DNA of 13,540 nucleotides from the NCBI GenBank assembly GCA_044868695.1, contig JBIOWP010000077.1, positions 1 through 13,540 on the forward strand, written 5' to 3'. Under the pieces are notes generated by a model. That model was not told where the DNA came from. It made no database searches and saw nothing but the letters and a program-made list of their open reading frames with translations. Both the position numbers and the translations under genes were made by a program. Positions within the stretch are counted from its first letter, which is position 1. The number at the start of each line of letters is the position of its first letter. This DNA is from a bacterium. Lineage in GTDB: Bacteria > Sysuimicrobiota > Sysuimicrobiia > Sysuimicrobiales > Kaftiobacteriaceae. Positions 1-7,116 of the stretch are shown here, in pieces.

Positions 1-1147
1 CCCCGAGCGACGCAAACGCCCAACCCCACGCTCCCCCGGTAAGGTCGAGGATGGCGCCGAACAGCGACGGGGAGACGGCCGTCACCAGAAATCCCAGCCC
101 GGACTGCAGCGCCAGGGTCGCGCCCAGGGTGTCGGGCGCTGCGGATTCCGCGACCGCGGTTGACAGCGTCGAGGAATCCGCGGTCACGAGCAGGCCGTAG
201 ACCAGGGCAAGGGCCAGCACAGCCGCCATCCCCAAGTCCGGGGTCCACCCGATTGCGACGGAGCAGAGGGCGGACGCGGTGAGGAATGTGACGATGGTGC
301 GCCGCCGCCCGAAATGGTCGGACAGCCAGCCGCCGGCCGCGTTGCTGAGCCCGCTTGCGACAAGGACGAGGGAGCCGAAGGTCGCGCCTCGGACTGTGGC
401 CGCGGTCAGCGGCAGACCCTGTTGGACCCACAGCGAGGTCAGAAACGCCGGCAGCCATGCCCGCATCCCAAACAGCTCCCAGTTGTGCGCGGCGTAGGCG
501 GCGATGAAGCGCAGCGCGCGGACGTTCCGCACTGCGCCTCCAATCGCCGTGCGCAGCTGGGCCGCGTGGTGTCCGGTCTGGGACGGCGCGGGGCGCGGGG
601 CATCGCGGATGACCCGCCACGCGCCGAGGGCGGCCAGCAGCGGACCGGCGCCCGTGACCGCAAACGCGAGGCGCCAGCCGGACGGCAGGAGGCGTCCGGT
701 GAGCAGCAGTGAGAGGCTGATGCCCAGGCTGAAGCAGGCGATGTAGATGCCCATCGCGGCCCCACGGCGCTGGGCGGGGAAGGTCTCAACGACCAGACGC
801 ATCCCAGGCACGTACGTCCCGGCCAGCCCCATCCCCCCGAGCGCGCGTAGCAGGGCCGCCGATCCAAACCCGTCGGCGAGCGCGGCGAACGTCAGACCGA
901 ACAAGCCGTTCCACACCGCGCCCAGGATGTAGATGGTCCGGACCCCGGCGATATCGGTGAGCGTGGAGAGGATGATGACTGCGATCGTGTATCCGATCTG
1001 CTGTCCGGCGAAGATCACCCCCGCCTGTGCGGCGGACAGTCCCCACTCCTGGCGGAGCACCGGCAGCGCCGCCGAGTAGTTTCCAAACGTGAGCATCGTG
1101 AGGAGTTCTGCGAAGCTGAGGAAGAAGAGCCACCTAACGTGACTCGT
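1..1147 (-). CDS. MFS transporter, 3' end runs off the window; start uncertain (ACG at 1147 or ATG at 1096)
   Basis: Missing from the ORF track. Manual translation gives RWLFFLSFAELLTMLTFGNYSAALPVLRQEWGLSAAQAGVIFAGQQIGY...LSTLTDIAGVRTIY...LLRALGGMGLAGTYVPGMRLVVETFP...LGATLALQSGLGFLVTAVSPSLFGAILDLTGGAWGWAFASLG, with many hydrophobic helices and MFS-like loops. The segment read at the window edge is in the same frame as the N-terminal segment. Confidence 0.88.
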
Positions 1148-2891
1148 GCGAGCCCGTCCCTTCGGCCGGCATGCCTGCGGCCGTGTGTCTGTACCAGTTG
1201 GTAATCGGGAGCCGGCGATCTCTGCCCAGCGCCTTCGGGGTGATCTTTACACCGGGCGGCGCCTGACGGCGCTTGTACTCGTTGCGATCCACCATCGCGA
1301 CGACACGCTGGACGACGTCCGCCGGGTAGCCCGCGGTCACGATGTCGGCGGGTGGGGTATCCTCTTCAACGTACAACTTGAGGATGGGGTCCAGGATCTC
1401 GTAGGGTGGAAGCGAGTCGGTGTCCTTCTGCCCGGGCCGTAGCTCGGCGGTCGGCACGCGCGTCAGGACTCCTTCGGGAATGACCACGTCCTCGCGATTC
1501 CGCCACCGGGCTAAGTCGTAGACCAGAGTCTTAGGGACGTCCTTGATCACGGCAAACCCTCCGGCCATGTCGCCGTACAGCGTCGCGTACCCCACGCTCA
1601 TCTCGCTCTTGTTTCCCGTGGTCAGGACCAGCCAGCCGAACTTGTTGGACAGCGCCATGAGCAGCGTCCCGCGGATGCGCGCCTGGACGTTCTCCTCCGC
1701 CGCGTCCGCCGGCCGGCCGGCATAGACCGGACGGAGGGCCTGCAAAAACGCTTCGAATGGCTGGTCGATCTCCAGATCGACGAGCACCGTACCCAGGTTG
1801 GCCGCGACCTGCCGTGCGTACCGGCGGCTTTCCTCCGAACTGTAGCGCGACGGCATCCACGCGGCGTGCACATGCTGCGGACCCAGCGCATCCACTGCGA
1901 TCGTGGCCACCAGCGCGGAGTCGATGCCGCCGGACAGCCCGACGACCACGTCGCTGAAGCCGTTCTTACGGACGTAGTCCCGGGTGCCGACGACCAGCGC
2001 GCGGTAGACCTCCGAAAGCGGGTCGAGCGGTTCGAGGAGGTGCTGCGGGATGGACCCCTTGGGCCTCCGCCCGGGGTCTGAGACGTGCAGGGTATAGGTT
2101 TCGACCGGTCCGTCGTCGGCTTCGGCGGGACGCACCGGAGCGAACAACCGGTGCCGGCGCACGGCCTCAGGGTCGACGTCGCAGTAGATGAAATCTTCTT
2201 CGAACTGCTTCCCGCGGGCCAGCACCGCGCCGGTGTGGTCAAAAATCATCCCCATGCCGTCGAAGACCAGCTCGTCCTGCCCGCCCACCAGGTTGTTGTA
2301 GCAGAGAACGACGGCGTAGTCGCGGGCGCGCGTCGCCAGCATCTGGGCCCGCTCGCGCCATTTCCCGGCATGGTAGGGGGAGCCGTTGATGTTGATGATG
2401 ACCAGCGCGCCGGCGGCGGCCTCCGCCTGGCAGGCGCCTCCGGGCGCCCAGATGTCCTCGCAGATGGTCACCCCGACCGGCACTCCTTCGATGATGAATA
2501 CCGGAGCGCGGCGGCCAGGGTGGAAATAACGCTTCTCATCAAATACCCCGTAGTTGGGCAGGCGCTGCTTGCGGTAGACGCCGACCCGCTCGCCGTCCAC
2601 GCACACCGCGGCGGCGTTGTACAGGTGCGTCCCCTGGTCTACGAACCCGACGACGGCGGCGATGCCGGCCGTCCGGCGGGTCACCTCGTCAAGACCGGCC
2701 AGGTTGGCGCGGACGAAATCGGGCTTCAGGAGAAGGTCCTCGGGTGGATACCCGGTGATAGAAAGTTCGGGGAAGCAGATGATATCGGTGCCCTGATCGC
2801 GGGCCCGGTCGATGGCCTCGCAGATGCGGCGGGTATTGCCCTCCAGGTCCCCCACCGTGGTGTTGATCTGGGCCATGCAGATGCGCAGCAT
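1134..2891 (-). CDS. nadE: Glutamine-dependent NAD+ synthetase
   Basis: 585 aa. N-terminal nitrilase-fold glutaminase with the E-K-C triad (FPEL, YRKQRLPNYGVFDEKRYF, ICED). C-terminal synthetase with GLSGGIDS, ENVQARIRG, TGNKSE, GYATLYGD, PTAEL and EYKRRQ. Confidence 0.97.
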   Translation of the reverse strand: MLRICMAQINTTVGDLEGNTRRICEAIDRARDQGTDIICFPELSITGYPPEDLLLKPDFVRANLAGLDEVTRRTAGIAAVVGFVDQGTHLYNAAAVCVDGERVGVYRKQRLPNYGVFDEKRYFHPGRRAPVFIIEGVPVGVTICEDIWAPGGACQAEAAAGALVIININGSPYHAGKWRERAQMLATRARDYAVVLCYNNLVGGQDELVFDGMGMIFDHTGAVLARGKQFEEDFIYCDVDPEAVRRHRLFAPVRPAEADDGPVETYTLHVSDPGRRPKGSIPQHLLEPLDPLSEVYRALVVGTRDYVRKNGFSDVVVGLSGGIDSALVATIAVDALGPQHVHAAWMPSRYSSEESRRYARQVAANLGTVLVDLEIDQPFEAFLQALRPVYAGRPADAAEENVQARIRGTLLMALSNKFGWLVLTTGNKSEMSVGYATLYGDMAGGFAVIKDVPKTLVYDLARWRNREDVVIPEGVLTRVPTAELRPGQKDTDSLPPYEILDPILKLYVEEDTPPADIVTAGYPADVVQRVVAMVDRNEYKRRQAPPGVKITPKALGRDRRLPITNWYRHTAAGMPAEGTGSHESR

Positions 2892-2908
2892 GCGTGTCCC
2901 GAGGAATT

Positions 2909-2914
2909 ATTATA
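2909..2914 (-). promoter_or_regulatory. Putative sigma70-type -10 box for nadE
   Basis: Perfect TATAAT on the minus strand, 17 nt upstream of the nadE ATG, in very GC-rich DNA. No convincing -35. Confidence 0.6.
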
Positions 2915-3058
2915 TCGCAGCCGCGCGTATGACAGCGCCAGCGGATGCGCCTTGCTGAGTTAGGCCGGGTTGCCGTCGGTCGCGCCGTGCCGGAGGCACT
3001 GCGTGGCCGGTCGGTACCTCACTCCCACCTCAACAACCGCTATCCGCTGGCGAGTACG

Positions 3059-3088
3059 TTTTTACCACGCACCCGCGAAGTGGGTCAA
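3059..3088 (-). promoter_or_regulatory. Possible promoter TTGACC-N18-TAAAAA with TG extension
   Basis: Minus strand reads TTGACC (3088-3083), 18 nt, then TAAAAA (3064-3059) preceded by TGG. The predicted start falls at the base of the 11-bp stem (~3052). The -10 lacks the conserved final T. Confidence 0.35.
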
Positions 3089-3090
3089 TT

Positions 3091-3106
3091 CGGAACTTTC
3101 GTTCCG
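3091..3106. promoter_or_regulatory. Palindrome CGGAAC-N4-GTTCCG (LexA/Cheo-box-like operator, or GAAA-tetraloop hairpin on the minus strand)
   Basis: Perfect 6-bp inverted repeat containing GAAC-N4-GTTC, next to the putative -35 at 3083-3088. Confidence 0.4.
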
Positions 3107-3134
3107 CGGCTGTGGACAGTGGGGATATGAGGGA

Positions 3135-3232
3135 TAACTGCGGGACGTAACTGCGGGATCTGGGATCCGGGATCCGAACTTTGCAGACCTTGGGAGTTCA
3201 TCGGCTCCCCGGTCCCGGCTCCCGGCTCCCGG
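3135..3232. repeat. Direct repeat plus an inverted pair of heptamer tandem arrays
   Basis: TAACTGCGGGA twice (3135-3145, 3148-3158). YGGGATC three times (3154-3174). An opposite-orientation CGGCTCC-like array of about 4 units (3202-3232) lies in the last codons of the response regulator. Confidence 0.8.
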
Positions 3233-3806
3233 CGTTGTCTGCAGCCAGGATTTCCTCGGCGATCTCTCTCATCGTCCGTCGGCTGTTGCGGGCATGGCGC
3301 TGAATGGTGGCGAAGGCCGCGGCCTCATCGAGGCCCTGGCGGCGCATAAGGATCCCTTTGGCGCGCTCGACCAGCTTGCGGGCCGCCAGCGAATCCTCCA
3401 GGCCGCCGATTTCCTCCCGCAGGGCCCGGATTTCGCGGAAACGCGCCAGCGCGACCTCGATGGCGGGCCGGAGATCGCTTTCGCGCACCGGTTTGACCAG
3501 GTAGGCCAGCACACCGGCGGTTTTGGCGCGATCGACAAACTCCCGGTCGGCGTAGGCGGTGAGGATAATCACCGGCACGGCCCGTTCGCCCATCAGCTTC
3601 GCCGCGGCTTCCAGGCCGTCGACGCCCGCCATTTTGATGTCCAGGAACACCAGATCGGGCCGCAGCCGCCGCACCAGGTCCAGCGCGCGGGTCCCGTCCG
3701 CCGCCTCGCCCACCACCGTGTAACCCTGTTCCTCCAGCATGGCGCGGAGTCCGAGCCGGATGACCGCCTCGTCGTCGGCGATGAGGATGCGCAGCGGCTC
3801 AGCCAC
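3198..3806 (-). CDS. REC-ANTAR response regulator (PdtaR/NasT/EutV-like RNA-binding antiterminator)
   Basis: 202 aa. Receiver motifs IADDE, FLDIKM, ILTAY and YLVKP, then a coiled coil and the ANTAR signature RKLVERAKGILM...LDEAAAF..IQRHARNSRRTMREIAEEIL. The GTG start overlaps the kinase 3' end by 8 nt. Confidence 0.93.
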   Translation of the reverse strand: MAEPLRILIADDEAVIRLGLRAMLEEQGYTVVGEAADGTRALDLVRRLRPDLVFLDIKMAGVDGLEAAAKLMGERAVPVIILTAYADREFVDRAKTAGVLAYLVKPVRESDLRPAIEVALARFREIRALREEIGGLEDSLAARKLVERAKGILMRRQGLDEAAAFATIQRHARNSRRTMREIAEEILAADNAGSREPGPGSR

Positions 3807-5466
3807 GGAGCTCGATCTTTGGAATCGTAATCACCGCGCGCGTTCCGGGCCCGCCGCTGAAGGTCAAGGTCCCGCCGAGGTCCTCGGTGACCAGCGCGTG
3901 GACGATCCGCAGGCCAAGGTCCGTGCCTGCAGCCGGGTCAAAGCCCTCGGGCATCCCGCGGCCGTTGTCCTCCACCTCGAGCACGAGCCGATTCTCCTGC
4001 TGGGCCACGCGAATCTCGATGCGGCCCTCGCGGCGCCGCTCCGGGTCGTGCGGCGCGGGGGGTTGGGGAAAAGCGTGCTCAAAGGCATTTTGCAGGAGCT
4101 CGTTGACCGCCAGGCCCAGAGACGTGGCCTGCTGGGAGGTAAGGTAGACGTCGTCGCCGTGGACCGTCACGTCGATGGCCTCGTCCTGCCGGCTCATGGC
4201 GTGGGTGACGTTGCCGGCGATGCGCTCGATCAGCTGGCGCAGGTTGATCAGGCGAAAGCCCTCGACCGACAGGATCTCGTGCACCGCCGCGATGCTGAGG
4301 ATGCGGTTGATGGTCTCCGTCAGTACCTCGCGCCCGGACACCTCCCGGCCCTCACGCAACTGCAGCCGCAGCAGCATTGCGATGGTCTGCAGGTTGTTTT
4401 TCACACGGTGGTGCATCTCGCGGATGACCGCCGTCCGGACGACAAGGTTGGCGTTCTCGATCGCCAGGGCCGTCTGGTTGGCCAGCGTGGTCAGCAACTT
4501 CACCTCCGCGTCGGTGAAGCGGTGCGGCCCCGCCTTGTAGCAGTTGAAGACGCCGATCACTTTGTCGCGGACAGCCAGCGGCACCGAGAGTAATGCCCGT
4601 AGCCCTTCTTGTTCCGCCATCTCTTTGGCTACAAAACGCGAGTCCGTGAGGACGTCGGAGACCGCGATAGTCTTACCCTCGCGGGCGACTAGTCCCGCGA
4701 TGCCTTCGCCGACTTTTAGGTGGGGTCGATTCAAGTAGGCGGCCCCCGCGCTCTGCGCGGCAGCGATGACCAGCTCGTCGGTGGTCTCGTCGCGCAGCAT
4801 GAGCGAGCAGGTCTTGGCGTCGAGCATGCGGGCGGCCATCTCGACGATGAGCCGCAGCACTTCTTCCAGGTACAGCGGCGATGTGAGCGTCTGGCTGACC
4901 TCCGCCAGAGTGGAGAGCTCCATGATCTGGCGGCGCATGTTGTCGTAGAGGGTGGCCTTCTCAATGGCGCCGGAGGCGAGGTCGGCGATGACGCCCAGGA
5001 GTTCCTGCTCGTTCTCGGTGTACTCGTGCTGCGCCGTCGTCTGGACGTTGATGGCCCCCAGGACCTTGCCGGAGGTGATCAGGGGGACGGCGGCAAGCGA
5101 CCGGAAGTTGTACTCGTGAGTCTCCGGCAGGTACACGAACCGCGGGTCCCTGGCAGCATCGCTGCTCGCCACGGGTTTGCCTTCCCTGGCGGCCCAGCCG
5201 GTGAGGCCCTCGCCGAAGCGCAGGCGCGCGCGACCGACCGCGTCGGCGGCAAGGCCGGTGGTGGCCTTCAGCACGAGAAACTCGCCGCTGGGATCCAGGA
5301 GGTAGATGGAGCAGCTGTCCATGCTCATCACGTCCGCGGTGGTCCGCGTGATGAGATGAAGCGTCGTGTCGAGATCGAGCGCGGATCCAATCGCGCGGCT
5401 GATGGCGCGCAGGGCGAAGATCTCCGCCGTCTTGCGCCGCAGAGAGCCTGAGGTAAGGTCCGCCAT
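3799..5466 (-). CDS. Cytoplasmic sensor histidine kinase, GAF-GAF-HisKA_2-HATPase (PdtaS/EutW-like)
   Basis: H-box EMHHRVKNNLQ, N-box NELLQNAFEHAF, EDNGRG and LGLRIV. Two GAF repeats (GEGLTGWAAREG and GEGIAGLVAREG) and no transmembrane helix. Start moved from 6003 to ATG 5466 (555 aa; ATG 5481 also possible) because the extension overlaps the divergent gene. Confidence 0.92.
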   Translation of the reverse strand: MADLTSGSLRRKTAEIFALRAISRAIGSALDLDTTLHLITRTTADVMSMDSCSIYLLDPSGEFLVLKATTGLAADAVGRARLRFGEGLTGWAAREGKPVASSDAARDPRFVYLPETHEYNFRSLAAVPLITSGKVLGAINVQTTAQHEYTENEQELLGVIADLASGAIEKATLYDNMRRQIMELSTLAEVSQTLTSPLYLEEVLRLIVEMAARMLDAKTCSLMLRDETTDELVIAAAQSAGAAYLNRPHLKVGEGIAGLVAREGKTIAVSDVLTDSRFVAKEMAEQEGLRALLSVPLAVRDKVIGVFNCYKAGPHRFTDAEVKLLTTLANQTALAIENANLVVRTAVIREMHHRVKNNLQTIAMLLRLQLREGREVSGREVLTETINRILSIAAVHEILSVEGFRLINLRQLIERIAGNVTHAMSRQDEAIDVTVHGDDVYLTSQQATSLGLAVNELLQNAFEHAFPQPPAPHDPERRREGRIEIRVAQQENRLVLEVEDNGRGMPEGFDPAAGTDLGLRIVHALVTEDLGGTLTFSGGPGTRAVITIPKIELRG

Positions 5467-5478
5467 CGGATTTGCAGA

Positions 5479-5490
5479 CATGATACCATG
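5479..5490. promoter_or_regulatory. Overlapping divergent extended -10 elements (CATGATACCATG)
   Basis: Plus strand: TG-A-TACCAT (5481-5489), 7 nt, then ATG 5497. Minus strand: TG-G-TATCAT (5488-5480), 13 nt, then ATG 5466. Neither gene has a Shine-Dalgarno sequence. Confidence 0.6.
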
Positions 5491-5496
5491 AGCGCG

Positions 5497-6645
5497 ATGA
5501 GAGAAGGTTACGCGGACCTGCGGGCGCGGCTCGTCGAGGGGCTCCGCCGCGGCCGGGCGGTCACGACGCCGGCGGTTGAGGCGGCGTTTCGGACGGTGCC
5601 GCGCCACCTGTTCCTCCCCGAGGTTCCCCCGGAGGAGGCGTATCGCGATACTGCGATCCCCACCCGCTGGGCCGCCGGGTGGCCGACCAGCAGCAGCTCG
5701 CAGCCCTCGATCATGGCCATTATGGCCGAGCAGCTGATGGTGGAGCCTGGCGACCGCGTGCTGGAAATCGGCGCGGGCACGGGCTACAACGCGGCGATCC
5801 TGCAGGAACTGGTGGGCCCTTCCGGTCAGGTGGTCACGGTAGATATCCAACCCAATGTCGCCGCCGGCGCCGCGTCGCACCTGCGAGACGCCGGCTACGG
5901 CGGCGTGACCGTGGTCACCGGCGACGGCGGGTTCGGCCACCCGGACGGCGCGCCTTTTGACAGGATCATCGTCACCGCCGCCGTTGGGGACGCATCGCCC
6001 CACTGGGGTGAACAGCTGGCAGAGAACGGGAGATTCGTAGCGCCGCTGCGCGTCTCGACGATGTCGCTGTCGGTGGCGTTCGAAAAACAGGGCCGGATTC
6101 TGAGGAGCCGGTCAGCTCAGTGCTGCGGGTTCATGCCGCTGGTGGGCGCCTTCGGCGCGGACGGCGCCGATCCGTCGCTCGAGCTGGGCGATGACCTCTT
6201 CCTGATGGGCCCGGGTTCGAGGATGGCGACGGTCCCGATGATCCAGGGGCTGCTGCACGAAACCCCTCGGCGGGTCGGCGGTTTCATCATCCCGATGGAT
6301 GACTTCGGACTCGGCGGCGGCCTCGGGCTGTACCTTGCCCTGCAAGAACCCGGCATGCTGGATGTCGCGACGACCAACCCCAAACGGTGGGGGTTTCACA
6401 CGATGACCGGCCTGCTGGATCCGTCCGGCCCCAGTCTCTGTCTGGTCCGCCGCGACGCCGTCGTCGTCTACGGGACTGATGGCGCGTCCGCCCGCGTGCG
6501 CGCGCGGGCAGGCGAGTGGGTGGACATGGGCCGCCCGGGCGTGGACCGGGCGAGGATAGAATTGCATCCCGCAGGAACGACACCGCCACGCAGCCGGTGG
6601 ACGCTGCGGCGTCCGTGGCACGACATTCAGATTACGTTCGAGTGA
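5497..6645 (+). CDS. Protein-L-isoaspartate O-methyltransferase family protein with long C-terminal extension
   Basis: AFRTVPRHLF, AYRDTAIP, SSSSQPSIMA, VLEIGAGTGYNAAIL, VVTGDG, APFDRIIVTAA, EQLAENGRFVAP and CGFMPL form the PIMT core, followed by about 165 extra residues. Start is 5497 (leaderless geometry) or 5488. Confidence 0.88.
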   Translation: MREGYADLRARLVEGLRRGRAVTTPAVEAAFRTVPRHLFLPEVPPEEAYRDTAIPTRWAAGWPTSSSSQPSIMAIMAEQLMVEPGDRVLEIGAGTGYNAAILQELVGPSGQVVTVDIQPNVAAGAASHLRDAGYGGVTVVTGDGGFGHPDGAPFDRIIVTAAVGDASPHWGEQLAENGRFVAPLRVSTMSLSVAFEKQGRILRSRSAQCCGFMPLVGAFGADGADPSLELGDDLFLMGPGSRMATVPMIQGLLHETPRRVGGFIIPMDDFGLGGGLGLYLALQEPGMLDVATTNPKRWGFHTMTGLLDPSGPSLCLVRRDAVVVYGTDGASARVRARAGEWVDMGRPGVDRARIELHPAGTTPPRSRWTLRRPWHDIQITFE

Positions 6646-6651
6646 TGTGGG

Positions 6652-7113
6652 CTACTTGGGCGTAAAGACAACCTTCGCGCCTGTCGTGATTCCTTTCCGC
6701 TTGAAGAACCCCAGGTTGACCTCGAGGGCGTAACGCGCCGGCGTGCCGGGAGCGTAGAAGGGGAACGGTCCATTCTGGGGATCGGCCGCCACCGGCATGT
6801 CCAGGATGTCCACGATCTGCCAGTCCGCGCCGATGAAGGCGATGGATAGGGGAATGAGGGTGTTCTTCATCCAGAACGGCCAGCGCTCGCTGGACTCCAG
6901 GTCGAAGAGCATACCCGCGTTCTCATCCAGTTTGGTGCGGTACATCAGTCCCTGAGCGCGGCTCTCGGGGGTGTCGGCGACCTCCACGCTCAGCGTCACG
7001 CGGACTTTGTCCTGAATGATCGTCAGCGTTCCCTGCTTGTAGGTGACGGCGGCCTGCGCCGGCAGCGCCAGGACCACCGCCGCGATGAGAATGAGGGCCG
7101 CGAGACGGCCCAT
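6652..7113 (-). CDS. DUF192 family exported protein
   Basis: VEVADTPESRAQGLMYR, GMLF, FWMKNTLIPLSIAFI and YALEVNLG are DUF192 motifs. A signal peptide MGRLAALILIAAVVLALPAQA starts at ATG 7113; the 7146 extension is repeat-derived. Confidence 0.9.
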   Translation of the reverse strand: MGRLAALILIAAVVLALPAQAAVTYKQGTLTIIQDKVRVTLSVEVADTPESRAQGLMYRTKLDENAGMLFDLESSERWPFWMKNTLIPLSIAFIGADWQIVDILDMPVAADPQNGPFPFYAPGTPARYALEVNLGFFKRKGITTGAKVVFTPK

Positions 7114-7116
7114 GGC

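Larger units (their letters stand above)
2915..3115. ncRNA. Candidate structured RNA element (long irregular hairpin), family and strand unassigned
   Basis: Nested complementarity: CGCCAGCGGAT 2936-2946 with ATCCGCTGGCG 3042-3052 (11 bp perfect), TTGCTGAG/CTCAACAA, TGCCG/CGGTA, TCGGTCGCG/CGTGGCCGG, and an apical GTGCC-GGA-GGCAC. A possible outer stem is CAGCCGCG 2918-2925 with CGCGGCTG 3105-3112. Confidence 0.45.

Noticed and set aside
786..1133. 115-aa minus ORF starting GTG right after the nadE stop
   Set aside because: Wrong frame. The MFS-like protein is in another minus frame and this translation has no recognisable features.
2085..2963. Long antisense ORFs (also 3739-4593, 4720-5451, 9838-11040, 10910-11815)
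   Set aside because: Shadow frames opposite well-supported genes, expected in high-GC coding DNA.
2936..3052. SRP RNA, NAD+-I riboswitch, TPP riboswitch or canonical ANTAR site as the identity of the hairpin
   Set aside because: It lacks the SRP CAGG..GGAA..AGCAG core and the TPP CUGAGA core. The CAACAACC stretch recalling NAD+-I is antisense to nadE. GC-ACGGC-GC and GC-AAGGC-GC have 5-nt loops and 2-bp stems, not ANTAR hexaloops.
2945..3130. 61-aa plus-strand ORF across the hairpin region
   Set aside because: No ribosome-binding site, no recognisable motif and no hydrophobic toxin-like helix. RNA structure explains the region better, although a peptide is not excluded.
5467..6003. 179-aa N-terminal extension of the kinase in the ORF track
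   Set aside because: It overlaps the divergent methyltransferase antisense and is Arg/Gly-rich noise.
6646..6651. Terminator between the convergent methyltransferase and DUF192 genes
   Set aside because: Only 6 nt lie between the stops and no hairpin with a U-tract is visible.
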